From: Bacteroidota bacterium
GTDB lineage: Bacteria > Bacteroidota > Bacteroidia > B-17B0 > Aurantibacillaceae
Reading direction: 5' to 3'
NCBI GenBank assembly: GCA_020403265.1
Contig: JADBXZ010000091.1
Span: 9,189 to 73,188, forward strand
DNA: 64,000 bases
The notes under the pieces were generated by a model. It was given only the letters and a program-made list of their open reading frames with translations. It ran no database searches and was not told the origin of the DNA. Position numbers and translations under genes: made by a program. Positions 36,777 to 46,781 of this stretch are shown here, one piece after another (the first letter of the stretch is position 1; every line of letters starts with the position of its first letter).

Positions 36777-38555
36777 ATGAATAAAACAGTAACAATTAAC
36801 ATCAGTGGCATTATTTTTCACATTGAAGAAGATGCTTACAGTAGCCTGAGCAATTATTTAAACAAAATCAAATCAAAGTTTAATGCTAGCGAAGGTGGCA
36901 ATGAGATATTGGCTGATATTGAAGCTCGTATCGCAGAATTATTATCCCAAAAAATCAACCAAGGGAAGCAAGTAATCGTTTTAAATGACGTGAACCTTGT
37001 AATGGATACCTTAGGAAAACCGGAAGATTTTGCGGATGATGATAATGCTTCAAAATCTACAAACACTGCAAGTGAGGCTGAATCAATGCAGGATAACAAA
37101 CGCAGATTATTCAGAAATCCTGATGACAAAATGATTGGGGGTGTTTGTAGTGGCATTGCTGCCTACCTCGACGTGGATTTGGTATGGATTCGTTTGGCAA
37201 TGTTCCTTCTGATATTTTTTGGTGGCTTAAGTTTGTGGGTTTACATTATTCTTTGGATAGTAACGCCGGAAGCTAAAACCACAGCTGATAAATTAGCAAT
37301 GAAAGGCAAACCTGTAACAATAGATAACATTAGCGAATCAGTAAAAAACGAATTTGAAAGTTTAGGAACTAAATACGGGAAAGGATCCGGGGCACGCAAA
37401 ATGTCTGACAACCTTGCCAGAGGAGCCAGTAATGCTGCTAACACAGTTGGTAACATTATAGTTAGAGCTATAGGCTTGTTTATAGTTTTTGTTGCCGGTT
37501 CAATGTTAATAGGCTATTTGTCTACAATCTTTGGATTTTCTGTTGCAGGCAATAGCGAAGATTTTAATAACTGGAAGAATGCCATTTTTACAACAGGGTC
37601 TGATTATAGTTTAGCAGTACTAGCCTTCATTTTAGTAGCAGGCATTCCAATTTTCATGCTCATGTATTTAGGCATTAAATTGTTGTTAAACATTAAATAC
37701 AAGAACAAGTGGCTAAATATTGGGCTTGGTGTGGTTTGGTTTATTGGTTTTTGCTTAGGCATTAGTGTAGCTTTTAAAACAGTTAAACAATTTTCTGAAT
37801 CGAGTAAGGTAAAAGAGGTTGTTCAATTAGCTAATGTTGGGGATACTCTAATTGTGAAGGCCAATAGCTCTGATAACATTCTAAAAAACTTTAATTTTAC
37901 GAATAGCGTAGAGGTTGAACAACGATTAAGTAAAGGCAAAAACGATTATGTGTTTGGCATTACCGGGAATCAATTAACCGTTATTGGTAATGTGGATGTG
38001 GATATTGTTGAAGCGAATACTGATAGTATTGAAGTAGTTGTATATTATAACTCACAAGGTGAAAGCAAACAAATCGCGAACAATAATGCAAAAAACATTC
38101 AATTTCAACTAAAACAAATCGGTAATGAGTTAATATTGGATCAGATTTTCACAGTAAAAGCCGGCGAGAAATTCAGAGCACAAGATGTTGATGTGAAAAT
38201 AAAATTACCAAAAGGAAAAGTTATTGTGTTAGACAAAAGCTTGAGAGGTTTGTTGGATAACGTGGATAATGTTACCAATACTTGGGATGGCGATATGATT
38301 AATCGTAGATGGTATATGGGAGAGAAGGGACTAAGGTGTATTGATTGTGCAGGCATTGACACAGATGATGAAGGTGATTACGACGAGCGCAACGAAAACG
38401 GAAAATTAATTATTAATGGTAAAGAAATTAAAATTGATGATAAAAATACCAGCGTAAAAATTGATAAGGATGGTATAAAAGTAAAGGATAACGATGCAGA
38501 TGTGAAAATAGACAAACACGGCATTAACATTACCACCAAGGAAGAAAAAAAATAG
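36777..38555 (+). CDS. PspC domain-containing membrane protein
   Basis: MNKTVTINISG, RRLFRNPDDKMIGGVCSGIAAY and YIILWIVTPEA motifs, followed by TM helices and a periplasmic domain. Confidence 0.9.
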   Translation: MNKTVTINISGIIFHIEEDAYSSLSNYLNKIKSKFNASEGGNEILADIEARIAELLSQKINQGKQVIVLNDVNLVMDTLGKPEDFADDDNASKSTNTASEAESMQDNKRRLFRNPDDKMIGGVCSGIAAYLDVDLVWIRLAMFLLIFFGGLSLWVYIILWIVTPEAKTTADKLAMKGKPVTIDNISESVKNEFESLGTKYGKGSGARKMSDNLARGASNAANTVGNIIVRAIGLFIVFVAGSMLIGYLSTIFGFSVAGNSEDFNNWKNAIFTTGSDYSLAVLAFILVAGIPIFMLMYLGIKLLLNIKYKNKWLNIGLGVVWFIGFCLGISVAFKTVKQFSESSKVKEVVQLANVGDTLIVKANSSDNILKNFNFTNSVEVEQRLSKGKNDYVFGITGNQLTVIGNVDVDIVEANTDSIEVVVYYNSQGESKQIANNNAKNIQFQLKQIGNELILDQIFTVKAGEKFRAQDVDVKIKLPKGKVIVLDKSLRGLLDNVDNVTNTWDGDMINRRWYMGEKGLRCIDCAGIDTDDEGDYDERNENGKLIINGKEIKIDDKNTSVKIDKDGIKVKDNDADVKIDKHGINITTKEEKK

Positions 38556-38598
38556 CAGAGATTAGCAAATAGTTAATTTGTTTTAGTCTGGATTTAAG

Positions 38599-38629
38599 TA
38601 AGCCAACAGATTTTAAATCTGTTGGCTTA
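38599..38629. terminator. Bidirectional hairpin terminator
   Basis: TAAGCCAACAGATT-tta-AATCTGTTGGCTTA 14-bp stem between convergent genes. Confidence 0.8.
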
Positions 38630-39685
38630 TTTTTGTATCACTAATTTTTTGGTCGTCGTTTTGGAGCGATTAGGACTCCAGATTAAATAAAGACCGGCAG
38701 CAAATTCTTCTTTGGGTAAAACAAAAAAAGTATTTGTACCTGTTGAAATACGTTTAATTACAGCGCCTTGTATTGATGCAATAATTAATTCCTGAATAGC
38801 CCTATTTTTTAAGTGGATAAAAACTTCCTTTTCTGTTTGACTTATGTTGAAATCATCCATTGATTGCCTTTGAAAAAAAACAGAAATGATTTTACTGATT
38901 TCTTTTGTGCCGTCCGAATTAATAGTTACAAGCCTATAATAATTATTACCTTTTATTGGAGCGTCATCCAAAGCCTGATAAATTAAGTTAGAATTACCTG
39001 CAGTGGAGGCGATACTTTCAATCTGTTTTATAGAGAACCAGTTCTCAGCATCGTTACTTCTTTCAATTAAATAATGACTCACGTCTCTTTCACTTTCTAT
39101 TAACCATTTTAGAGCAATGCCTTCTTCTGTATGCGTAGCATAAAAATCACTTAAGGTGATTGGCAGTACGGAGCTGCAAGCAGGTCCACAGGTGCCGGAT
39201 AAAGTTATAGTCCAAGTAGCAATCTCATCTCTTCTATCGGCTGTTAATTGGATAGTTAAATTGCCACCTGTTTTTGTAAATGTACAGACTAAATTTGCAT
39301 TACTAGCCCCAGTAACATTATATGGTAAACCTGTTGAGGTTCCTCCAATGCCAGTAACTGTTAAGTTATCGCCTGCATCTGCACCAGAGGAGGTACAAAC
39401 ACCCCTAACCCTAAATTCTACAGTACCAGTAGCAACACAACCTGCCGGTAAATTGAATGTTGTAGAAATTACTTGTGAGGCACATGAGCCGGTAATACCG
39501 GTTCCATTACATTGCGGGGTTCCAAAAAAATTATATGCGGTTAAATTGCATCCTGCAAGACAGCCACTTGGACATAGCGAACCTAAGCTCATACCTCCAT
39601 TAAGAGTACATCCAGAGACCGAAATTTGTGAAAAGCCTACTAAGTTGAATGAAAAAAAGATCAAGAATAGGTAAACCTTTTTCAA
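38627..39685 (-). CDS. T9SS-exported protein with Cys-rich N-terminal domain
   Basis: Signal peptide, 11 Cys in ~150 aa, LPITLSDF Ig-like module, CTD-like tail (AAGLYLI...KKLVIQK); TTG start. Confidence 0.75.
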   Translation of the reverse strand: MKKVYLFLIFFSFNLVGFSQISVSGCTLNGGMSLGSLCPSGCLAGCNLTAYNFFGTPQCNGTGITGSCASQVISTTFNLPAGCVATGTVEFRVRGVCTSSGADAGDNLTVTGIGGTSTGLPYNVTGASNANLVCTFTKTGGNLTIQLTADRRDEIATWTITLSGTCGPACSSVLPITLSDFYATHTEEGIALKWLIESERDVSHYLIERSNDAENWFSIKQIESIASTAGNSNLIYQALDDAPIKGNNYYRLVTINSDGTKEISKIISVFFQRQSMDDFNISQTEKEVFIHLKNRAIQELIIASIQGAVIKRISTGTNTFFVLPKEEFAAGLYLIWSPNRSKTTTKKLVIQK

Positions 39686-39845
39686 AACTTAATCAATTTA
39701 ATTTACGGTTAAATGGTTTCGGGAGCCACCCTGTAGGATATCATTTAACACACCCAACAAAAATATACACTATTTTCTTAAAAATGCTAAACTAAAAATT
39801 AAGAAATAGTTAAAACAATCGATTTTTAACACTTTAACTTCATAT

Positions 39846-40217
39846 TTAGAGCGATTTTTTCAATTTTTTATCCTTATAGGCAATGGCCTCATCTAAAATC
39901 GCCCTTAGTTCTTGTAAGTTTAAATCTTTATTAACCTCAATTGTGTACTGTTTAACTAAGGTACGGCCTTTAAATTCTAGCTTATTGTTTTTTAAAAATT
40001 TGCCGTCAATAAAACCAATGTAAGATCTTTTGGTTTTTGCGTGGAAGGTAATATAACAAAGCCACTTATTTTTATAAAAGTAAAATGGAACGTTGAATTT
40101 AAGGTGTTCAGTTATTTCTTTGTGATAATTTTTTAAATAATCTCTCAAGTATAAAAAACATTGTTGCTCTGCTTCTGGCAAATTTAAGAAGTAATTATTA
40201 AGTGAATTTTCAACCAT
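39846..40217 (-). CDS. DUF1801 (YdhG-like) protein
   Basis: EHLKFNVPFY, YIGFIDG and L.FKGRTLVK patterns. Confidence 0.75.
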   Translation of the reverse strand: MVENSLNNYFLNLPEAEQQCFLYLRDYLKNYHKEITEHLKFNVPFYFYKNKWLCYITFHAKTKRSYIGFIDGKFLKNNKLEFKGRTLVKQYTIEVNKDLNLQELRAILDEAIAYKDKKLKKSL

Positions 40218-41298
40218 TGGTTAATACGCTATTAAAAGCACTGAAGTATCGTGCGTTGTTTGCATACGTTGAATAATTATTTTGTACAGTTTGTAAACCA
40301 AGTTTTCCTATCTTTTCTCGCAGATTTTCATCTTCAATAAGTTTACTTAAAACAGATATCCATTCTTGTTCTGTTTTACATAAAAAACCATTCACGCCAT
40401 CTTTTATAATGTCTTTATTCACGCCAACCGGGCTCATTACTGTTGGAATTGCACAAGCCATATAGGTGAGACCTTTTAATCCACATTTACCTCTTGTCCA
40501 TTCGTTGTCCGGTAAGGGCATGATGCCAATATCAAAGTTATTCAACAATTTATTTTCTTCTTCCGCAGACCAAATTTGGCAATCAATATCTAGGTCAGGA
40601 TGCTGGTACTTAGATTGAGAAATGATACCGATGCGGAGCTTTGGGCCGTATACTTGCTTCAGTTTTTTTAATACAGGAATAATGGTTTCAAAATGAACCA
40701 AAGTACTGACACTTCCGCTCCAACCAATCGTTATAATGTTTTTGTTTTTTACGCTTGGAATGGGATATAAAATCGAAGTGTCAACCGTTGTTGGAATTAC
40801 AATTGTGTTTACATTTGTTTTATTGGCTTCAGCTTGCAAATAGTCATTACCGGCAATCACTAAATGCGCATTGGCTATGTTAGAATAAAACTTATCAGCT
40901 CCTTTTAAAAAACCAAAGAATTTATTTTGTGGGCTTGCATCGTTAAGCCAGATACTGTCATCAAAATCAAAAATAATCTTGCAACGACTCTTATATGCCT
41001 TACGCTCAAAATAAGAAGTTCCGAAAAAGTGAGCTTCTCGTTGTATAAAAACAATGTCGAAATCATTGAACCTTCTACAGTCGGCCAACCTCATAAAAAT
41101 GGTTTTAATCAGGATGAGTACTTTTGAGAGTAAACGTCCTTGTGAATAAAAAACCTTATCGTCTTTTTCGTTTAACAAATAGGACCAAGTAAAATTAAAA
41201 CCATTTTTGGTTAGAAAACTTAAATACTGTTCAAATCTGTATCTCTGGCTTGGAGAACGATTAGGGCGGTGAGCGCAAAGAATAAGAACTTTCGGCAT
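40210..41298 (-). CDS. GT4 glycosyltransferase
   Basis: PSQRYR, FDFDDSIW, DIGIMPL..NEWTRGKCGLKGLTYMA motifs. Confidence 0.9.
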   Translation of the reverse strand: MPKVLILCAHRPNRSPSQRYRFEQYLSFLTKNGFNFTWSYLLNEKDDKVFYSQGRLLSKVLILIKTIFMRLADCRRFNDFDIVFIQREAHFFGTSYFERKAYKSRCKIIFDFDDSIWLNDASPQNKFFGFLKGADKFYSNIANAHLVIAGNDYLQAEANKTNVNTIVIPTTVDTSILYPIPSVKNKNIITIGWSGSVSTLVHFETIIPVLKKLKQVYGPKLRIGIISQSKYQHPDLDIDCQIWSAEEENKLLNNFDIGIMPLPDNEWTRGKCGLKGLTYMACAIPTVMSPVGVNKDIIKDGVNGFLCKTEQEWISVLSKLIEDENLREKIGKLGLQTVQNNYSTYANNARYFSAFNSVLTNG

Positions 41299-43919
41299 TA
41301 GCTACCAAATTTAAAACCTAAATTTGATTTAGTAGAGGTATGATGGGTAACCAAGTGTTGTACATCTGAAATGGTTAAGCTACCTAAATCAGATGCCTTT
41401 CGCTGGTCAGCAGGCAAAGAAGCTAATCGAAGATTTTGTTTCATGATCACATCACCAATAATTTGTCTTACAGTGCGGGCATTTCCAAAAAATTTATCTC
41501 TGCTTGTATACAAGTCGTTGAGGTAATTTTTTAAGTAGGTTTCTGTTGTTGCATCCGCCGTAATACCTTCTTTTTGTAACAATGCTTTTGCTATTAACCA
41601 TAATTGTTCAGGTTGGTAATCTTCAAAAGCAAAAGTTTTATCAAAACGTGATTTAAAACCGGGATTACTTTCGATGAATTCGTGCATGTTTTGAGGATAA
41701 CCCGCCACAATGATTCCAAATTTACCGCGTTGGTCTTCCATGCGTTTCAAAATAACTTGAATGGCTTCTTGCCCAAAACCATCATTACCTCCTTTACTTG
41801 CTAGGGCGTATGCTTCATCAATAAATAAAATACCACCCATGGCATCTTCAATTCTATCAGCGGTTTTAATAGCGGTTTGTCCTGTGTAACCTGCAACCAA
41901 TCCTTCTCTGTCAACTTCAACAACATGTCCTCTCTCTAGTAATCCTAGGGCTTTGTATATCTTTGCAATAATACGTGCAAGGGTTGTTTTTCCGGTGCCG
42001 GGATTGCCTGTGAAAACAGAGTGCAACGAAAATTTGTTAACCACATCTTTACCAACTTCGTTATAAAAACGGATTAGTTTAACAAGTTCATTAATGTCTT
42101 GTTTAATCTTATCCATGCCTATCAATTCATTTAATTCACCTAGGGCTTCATTAAGCTGTTTATCGTTGATGGTTAATTTTAGTTTTTTCTTTTGTTCAGC
42201 TAAAAACACACTTTGAATATCTTCAATAGTAATGGTTGATAATTCTTCTTTGGTTAGTTCGTTCAAATTTGCTGATTTCATCAGGCGGAGCCCCATGTCG
42301 TGTTTAGCTTCTTCCACAACAGCATGAACAAATCGGGCATTTCCAAAATGATCATCTCTTTTGCGGTAGGCTTCCGTTAAATGTTCTTTTAAGTAATGAT
42401 CTGCATCCGTTGTAAAAGTTATTTGTTTGTTTTTAGCAGCAAACAATGCAATTTGATATAGTTCTTCCGGCAAGTAATCTTCAAATTCGAAATACTGTGA
42501 AAAACGTGATTTTAAACCCGGATTACTTTCGATGAATTTTTTCATTTGTTTAGGATAACCGGCACCAATAATGGCAATATCGCCCGGACCATCACTCATT
42601 TCTTTCAGTAAAATTTCAACTACTTCTTTTCCAAAATCTTTGCTATCGTCATCTGCACGGGCAAGGGCATATGCTTCATCAATAAATAAAATACCGCCTC
42701 TGGCACTGTCTATTGCTTTTTTGGTTTTAGGTGCAGTTTGTCCAATGTATTCACCAACCAAAGCCACACGATCAACTTCTACTACATGGCCTTTTGTGAG
42801 GAGTCCCATTTTCTGATAAATTTTACCAAGCATTTTCACCACTGTTGTTTTTCCTGTACCGGGGTTGCCTGTAAAAATACTGTGTAATGAAATTTTGTTT
42901 TTATCCTCAAATCCTTTTTCATTACGCAGTTTGGTGAAGTTTAAATAGGTAATATTTTCTCTGATAGATTTTTTAACTCCATCTAAACCTATTAAGGCAT
43001 CCAATTCCTGAAGTAACTCTTCTAATGTTTTTGAGTTTTCGGTATCGTTATTGCTTGAGGTATTTGTATTGGTATTTACTCCTGCGGCCAAGGCTTCTTC
43101 AAAATTAGTAATTAACTGTGTTTCACCTTCCACCTCTTCGTTAGTACAAGTGAAGGAAGTTGCGCCGATTAAAACATCATTAAAAACAATTTCAACAAGA
43201 TATTTATCATCGGTCCAAATCCCCGGTGTGTTGCTTCCCCAGGCGCGGTTGAAAGTGTAGGTTGTATCTTTTTTATTAGCATCCATGTAGCCTGTCTCTT
43301 GTATGGAAGCCTTTTGCAAACCAGCATCATCATGAAAGTTTAAAAAGAATTCAAAATGAAATTCAGAGTTAGTTAATACCTTGTAAGATATTTCTGCCCA
43401 AACATATTGTGCTGTTTTTTTGTTAAACGTTTTAAGGTATTTTTTATTGGTTTGATTCCAACCATCATAATCGCCGTTATATAATTTTATACCTGTAATG
43501 GCCAGATAAGGATTGTAAGAATTTGTGACTAAACCTACGTCATTAATGAAAAAATTTGATTCGCCTATTTTAACCCCATCAATAAATGCTTCCCAATAAT
43601 AATCGCCTTTTTGCCAGAAACCGCCTTTGTTTTCAACGCCCCAGCCATCTCTTAAGAAAAAAACATTTTCTTCTTTTTTCACATCAATGTGCAGCTCTCT
43701 GTCGCAAATTAATTTTTTATCATTTTTATTATAGCACTTTAAATTAACTTTGCCTTTCCAATCTTCTTCATCAAAAAGTTTATTATATAAAGCTAGTTCA
43801 ACTCTTACATAGTCAACCTCATCTTTATCAAATGCAATTCTATAACGTTTTGCATTATTAGCCATCCATTCGTTGTTACAAAAGGTTAGTAATGATTTAA
43901 ATTTAAATCTCTTTTCCAT
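41298..43919 (-). CDS. Tandem AAA+ ATPase, SpoVK/CbbX/CfxQ family, with N-terminal beta-rich domain
   Basis: Two copies of FTGNPGTGKTT, ILFIDEAY and SNPG.KSRF. Confidence 0.9.
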   Translation of the reverse strand: MEKRFKFKSLLTFCNNEWMANNAKRYRIAFDKDEVDYVRVELALYNKLFDEEDWKGKVNLKCYNKNDKKLICDRELHIDVKKEENVFFLRDGWGVENKGGFWQKGDYYWEAFIDGVKIGESNFFINDVGLVTNSYNPYLAITGIKLYNGDYDGWNQTNKKYLKTFNKKTAQYVWAEISYKVLTNSEFHFEFFLNFHDDAGLQKASIQETGYMDANKKDTTYTFNRAWGSNTPGIWTDDKYLVEIVFNDVLIGATSFTCTNEEVEGETQLITNFEEALAAGVNTNTNTSSNNDTENSKTLEELLQELDALIGLDGVKKSIRENITYLNFTKLRNEKGFEDKNKISLHSIFTGNPGTGKTTVVKMLGKIYQKMGLLTKGHVVEVDRVALVGEYIGQTAPKTKKAIDSARGGILFIDEAYALARADDDSKDFGKEVVEILLKEMSDGPGDIAIIGAGYPKQMKKFIESNPGLKSRFSQYFEFEDYLPEELYQIALFAAKNKQITFTTDADHYLKEHLTEAYRKRDDHFGNARFVHAVVEEAKHDMGLRLMKSANLNELTKEELSTITIEDIQSVFLAEQKKKLKLTINDKQLNEALGELNELIGMDKIKQDINELVKLIRFYNEVGKDVVNKFSLHSVFTGNPGTGKTTLARIIAKIYKALGLLERGHVVEVDREGLVAGYTGQTAIKTADRIEDAMGGILFIDEAYALASKGGNDGFGQEAIQVILKRMEDQRGKFGIIVAGYPQNMHEFIESNPGFKSRFDKTFAFEDYQPEQLWLIAKALLQKEGITADATTETYLKNYLNDLYTSRDKFFGNARTVRQIIGDVIMKQNLRLASLPADQRKASDLGSLTISDVQHLVTHHTSTKSNLGFKFGS

Positions 43920-44013
43920 CTTCTTGATATTAATAACTAAAAATATTGAAAAAAATTAATATCGGAAACAAAAAGCGCTAAAATCCTGTTAAAATCTGTG
44001 TTATTTTTGCAAC

Positions 44014-44598
44014 ATGAATTCTTTAAAATTTGACATTGTTGAAATACTTAAAGTTACAATGGTGTTGTTTGCTGTGATAGATATAATTGGGTCAATACCG
44101 GTAATCATTAATTTAAAGCAGAAAACCGGCTACCTTAATGCCGCAAAGGCCAGCTGGGTTTCTTTCGGCATCATGATCGTATTTTTATTTTTAGGGCAGT
44201 CTATTTTAGATATCATAGGGATTGAAATTGGTCATTTTGCAATTGCCGGTTCAATTTTGATTTTTATAGTTGCTATGGAAATGATCTTAGGTATTCAAAT
44301 TAGTAAAGATACTTTACCTGCTACTGCAAGCGTTGTACCTCTTGCATTCCCTTTAATTGCCGGCACAGGCACTTTAACTACTTTACTATCTATTCGAGCC
44401 GAATATAATTTACTATCAATTATCATCGCTATTATTATTAATGTTTTGATTGTTTATGTTGTATTAAAATATTTATATAAAATTGAAAAGCTTCTAGGTG
44501 CAGGGGGTATTGCAATTTTGAAAAAAGTTTTTGGAATAATATTATTAGCACTTTCAATTAAATTATTTAGTAAATACACCGGCATACCTCATGTATAG
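44014..44598 (+). CDS. MarC family membrane protein
   Basis: LFAVIDIIGSIP and VPLAFPLIAGTGT motifs; TATTTTTG box at 44002-44009. Confidence 0.9.
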   Translation: MNSLKFDIVEILKVTMVLFAVIDIIGSIPVIINLKQKTGYLNAAKASWVSFGIMIVFLFLGQSILDIIGIEIGHFAIAGSILIFIVAMEMILGIQISKDTLPATASVVPLAFPLIAGTGTLTTLLSIRAEYNLLSIIIAIIINVLIVYVVLKYLYKIEKLLGAGGIAILKKVFGIILLALSIKLFSKYTGIPHV

Positions 44599-44962
44599 GC
44601 ATTTGGCAACAATAGGGCTTTTGATCGCTTCTAACACCTTTATGACGATTGCTTGGTATGGACATCTTAAGTTTAAAGATATATCCTGGTTAAAAAATGC
44701 AGGAATGCTGTCAACAGTTTTTATTAGTTGGGGAATAGCCTTAATGGAGTATATGTTAATGGTACCGGCCAATAGAATTGGCGCCGCGAGTCACGGTGGA
44801 CCTTTTAGTATGTGGCAGTTAAAATTAATTCAAGAGGCAATATCAATTAGTGTTTTTGTTATTTTCACACTCGTTTTTTTCAAAACAGAATCATTGAAGT
44901 GGAATCATTTTGTAGGATTTTTATTTTTAATTGGAGCCGTTTATTTTTTCTTTAAAAGATAA
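44591..44962 (+). CDS. DMT family protein (DUF486)
   Basis: SNTFMTIAWYGHLK, SWGIA..EY..MVPANRIG and QLKLIQE motifs. Confidence 0.9.
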   Translation: MYRHLATIGLLIASNTFMTIAWYGHLKFKDISWLKNAGMLSTVFISWGIALMEYMLMVPANRIGAASHGGPFSMWQLKLIQEAISISVFVIFTLVFFKTESLKWNHFVGFLFLIGAVYFFFKR

Positions 44963-44969
44963 TACTTGC

Positions 44970-45326
44970 TTATTTTTTTTGATTAAGTTTTTCCAGCACC
45001 TGCTCATAAAGAGTTTTATAATCCTCAGGGTGCTTGCTGTAATAATACAAAGTAGAATCAAAGCGCTCTTTGCTCACATTATGGCTTATCAACGCATTAA
45101 AATTATATACTGAATCGAATTTTGCTGCACTGTAATTTTGAACATTTTGATTTAAAGCACTTTCTGTTAAGGCCATTTCGCATAAAATAGATGCCATGGT
45201 ATCTTCTTCAACTATGTATTGCGCAGAAATTGTATTTAACCCTCCTTCGTTGTTTTTGATACATCCGGCATAAAAAATTGAAACTAATGCCAAGAATTTA
45301 AGGAAGATAATATTCGCCTTTTTCAT
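44970..45326 (-). CDS. DUF4296-like lipoprotein
   Basis: Lipobox-like YAGC; MASILCEM and FDSTLYYYSKHP..Y..LYEQV patterns. Confidence 0.7.
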   Translation of the reverse strand: MKKANIIFLKFLALVSIFYAGCIKNNEGGLNTISAQYIVEEDTMASILCEMALTESALNQNVQNYSAAKFDSVYNFNALISHNVSKERFDSTLYYYSKHPEDYKTLYEQVLEKLNQKK

Positions 45327-46020
45327 TAATTTTTATAGGTTTTAATTGCTTTTCTTTTTCAAAAAAATTGCCACATAAGAATAAGTTATTCCAAAAACGA
45401 ATTAAGGATTGATCTTTGTTCCTTAAATTTTCACTTAGTTTGTTTTTGTCAGTAAACTTAAATGGAAAAACATCTATGTTTATTAAATTACCATTCGCTT
45501 GAGCTTCAATACATAAAGTGTATAACTGTTCTATAGGATCGTCTTGGATAGGAATACAGCCGATAGTAACACATTTACCATGAATCATAATGTCTCCGCC
45601 TAGCGGAGGTTTGTTCAAATAAACATCTGCTTTATTTGGATAGTTAACTTTAAGGGATAGATGATAGCTGCTGTTAGGATTAAAAGCAGAGATTGTATAG
45701 AAACCTTCAGGCACTTGGCCATCTCCTTCTTTTTTTTTAGGGCCTAATTCACCACTACTACTACAAATAGGAAATACTTTGAATAAAGCGTAGGTTTTTT
45801 CCTTTTTACTTCTGAGCCAAATTTCTAATTGACCTTCTTGCTTAAAAGCCCTCAAATAAACAAAAAAATTCGTTGTATCGATTTTAAGTTGATTAATTTC
45901 TTTTTTAAGTCCTGACCAATGCTTTTGGTACGCTGTTTTAACCCTGTTGTTTTTTAGCTGCAGTTGTTTAAAAGATTGAGCGCTTAAGGAGGCATAAAGC
46001 AAAACAGAAATAACTAACAC
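45298..46020 (-). CDS. L,D-transpeptidase family protein (YafK/DpaA-like)
   Basis: LGPKKKEGDGQVPEGFY, YHLSLKVNYPN and GGDIMIHGKCVTIGC motifs; GTG start. Confidence 0.88.
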   Translation of the reverse strand: MLVISVLLYASLSAQSFKQLQLKNNRVKTAYQKHWSGLKKEINQLKIDTTNFFVYLRAFKQEGQLEIWLRSKKEKTYALFKVFPICSSSGELGPKKKEGDGQVPEGFYTISAFNPNSSYHLSLKVNYPNKADVYLNKPPLGGDIMIHGKCVTIGCIPIQDDPIEQLYTLCIEAQANGNLINIDVFPFKFTDKNKLSENLRNKDQSLIRFWNNLFLCGNFFEKEKQLKPIKINEKGEYYLP

Positions 46021-46097
46021 TAAATATTTAATAACCTTTTTAATAATTTTTCAAATTTAAACAAATCAACCTTAAATTTAGATTCAATTAAAGGTAC

Positions 46098-46382
46098 ATG
46101 ATAATTTTAAAGGTCATAAAAAATAAGTATTTTTTAACGATCATTGCGGTCTTTATCTGGATACTATTTTTTGACAAAAATGATTTTTTCACACAAATTG
46201 ATTTGATTAACAAGTGTAAAGAATTAAAAAAAGAAAAAAATTATTATCTAAGCGAAATCCAAAGCGATAGCACGCAAATCAGTCAATTAAAGACCAACCT
46301 AAATGAGCTGGAAACCTTTGCAAGAGAAAAATACCTTATGAAGGCAGACAACGAGGATGTGTTTGTAATAGTTGCTAAATAA
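46098..46382 (+). CDS. Septum formation initiator (FtsB/DivIC family)
   Basis: N-terminal TM, coiled coil, LETFAREKYLMKADNEDVF motif. Confidence 0.88.
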   Translation: MIILKVIKNKYFLTIIAVFIWILFFDKNDFFTQIDLINKCKELKKEKNYYLSEIQSDSTQISQLKTNLNELETFAREKYLMKADNEDVFVIVAK

Positions 46383-46383
46383 G

Positions 46384-46686
46384 TTAGTCAATTATTTGAA
46401 GCAATGTTCTAAATGCCGCATATTTATCTTTATATTTAGCCGCATGTTCAGCTTGCAATTGTGGAGCAAAATGTTTGTTGTATCTTTCGATATCTTCCAT
46501 TTCCAAAAAAGTGTATTGTATTGAGTAGGTATGTCCTTCATCCTCAACATACAAAACTTTAACTAAACGGTTATCAATAAAACAACCTGTTTTCATTACA
46601 TCAGGGATGTGTGTTTGTCTCATCCAATTTAACCAATCGGTATGAACATCGTCGGAAATATTGACTGTTACATTATAAATAAACAT
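46384..46686 (-). CDS. DUF4286 family protein
   Basis: MFIYNVTVNI..WL.WM...HIPDV..TG and TYSIQY motifs; ATG at 46686 preferred as start. Confidence 0.85.
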   Translation of the reverse strand: MFIYNVTVNISDDVHTDWLNWMRQTHIPDVMKTGCFIDNRLVKVLYVEDEGHTYSIQYTFLEMEDIERYNKHFAPQLQAEHAAKYKDKYAAFRTLLQIID

Positions 46687-46781
46687 CACCATAAAGATAA
46701 GTTTAATTTTTAAACTCACTTAAAATTTGCTACTTTTTTAAGCCAAATACTAATTAAGTAGTATCTTTAGAGCTTAAAATT

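Noticed and set aside
39690-39765. SAM-II riboswitch look-alike (ATTTAACCGTA on the minus strand) in the leader of the Cys-rich T9SS gene
   Set aside because: The downstream GCAAG and GCTAAA pseudoknot elements are missing and the gene is unrelated to Met/SAM; only an 8-bp stem (39708-39749) is supportable.
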